Shown: one piece after another, positions 63,125 through 64,000 of the stretch
Layout of the letters: each line of letters starts with the position of its first letter
Numbering within the stretch: the first letter of the stretch is position 1
DNA from: Octopus bimaculoides
Taxonomy: Eukaryota
Length of the DNA stretch: 64,000 nt
Assembly: GCF_001194135.2 (NCBI RefSeq)
Contig: NC_068985.1
Span: 36,429,328 to 36,493,327 of the forward strand
Direction of reading: 5' to 3'
Made by a program: the position numbers and the translations under genes
Notes under the pieces: generated by a model
What the model was told of the DNA's origin: nothing
The model's input: the letters and a program-made list of their open reading frames with translations, nothing else
The model's database searches: none

Positions 63125-63545
63125 TTATAAGAAAAACCGTTGAAGCATGTGCTATTTCAAAACGGTAGAAATTTATACTATAAATGATGTAGGAGAATAT
63201 ACAAATAATAACAACAGACGAGGACAGGTGGTGTAAATAACAAAAGGATATATTAGTATGACGCTCGGGAATACGGAAAGTCTTTGACGTTTCGAGCTAC
63301 GCTCTTCANNNNNNNNNNGAATACGGAAAGTCTTTGACGTTTCGAGCTACGCTCTTCAACAGAAAGAATACGGAGACAAGGAGAAAAACACGGAGAAAAA
63401 AAATTGAATAGTGTTCAGTCAACGGTCAATCATAATGTAGGTGGCTTATTAACAAGTAAAATCTAAAAGCAAGTTTATAAACGTCACTAAGGCGACAAGG
63501 CTACCGTTTTGAAATAGCACATGCTTTCAATAGTCTTTCTTATAA
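63125..63545. repeat. Inverted arms of about 44 bp enclosing about 330 bp
   Basis: 63125-63168 is the approximate reverse complement of 63501-63545. Confidence 0.8.
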
Positions 63546-63959
63546 GTTGACGACGCTAGTTGTGCTTAACCCTGCTTCTTCAGTAGGGAGCTTTGTCTCA
63601 TTACAGTAGGGACCTCTGTTTCCTTCGTCAACTCATTAAGTTAGTAATTTTTGTGGCTAATGAGTCGTTTTAACTCTTATTTCTAACAATGCTAGTACCA
63701 GTTTGTATCCTTGTCAGCTTAGCGACGCTTATAAATTTGTCTTTAGGTTTTAATTGCTAATAAGACACCTACATTGTGTCTATGTTTGTCCACCAGTGCT
63801 TGATGACCGGTGTTGGTGTGTTTACGTCCCCATAACCTAGCGGTTGGGCATAAGAGACCAATAGACTAAATGACCGGCTTTAAAAAAATAAGGAGTGGGA
63901 TCGATTCATTGTACTAAAATTCATCAAGCCCGCAGTCTAATGACCGAAACAAGTAAAAC

Positions 63960-64000
<41 letters not shown>

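Noticed and set aside
63269-63358. 40-bp direct repeat around a 10-N gap
   Set aside because: Typical contig-overlap artefact.

Overview
Eukaryotic, AT-rich draft scaffold with 13 N-gaps, dense microsatellites and retroposons. The repeat landscape suggests a cephalopod, probably Octopus (inference). Most of the window is one minus-strand gene that I reconstructed from splice sites and phase continuity. Its exons are 54201-54171, 52362-52198, an optional 38475-38428, 22192-18500, 17907-17726, 15907-15764, 15533-15327, 14127-13796 and 4941-4710. They give 1661 aa, or 1677 aa with the optional exon. The product is a type I membrane protein: signal-like segment, about 1200 aa of disordered/mucin-like ectodomain from one 3693-bp exon, one SEA-like module resembling the KIAA1549/UPF0606 (DUF3827) family, a TM helix and a tail of about 205 aa. 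A probable second minus-strand gene starts (MACSI-E/D) only 583 bp past its stop codon, and the DNA beyond that point is strongly CpG-depleted. The introns hold decayed mariner, Merlin, hAT, Penelope, CR1/L2 and R4/Dong-like fragments, many tRNA-derived SINEs and several fold-back elements. The most unusual non-genic structure is a near-perfect 164-bp-arm palindrome (56129-56460) made of two divergent tRNA-Thr(CGT)-like genes around a TTCG loop. No rRNA, CRISPR array or prokaryotic system was found.
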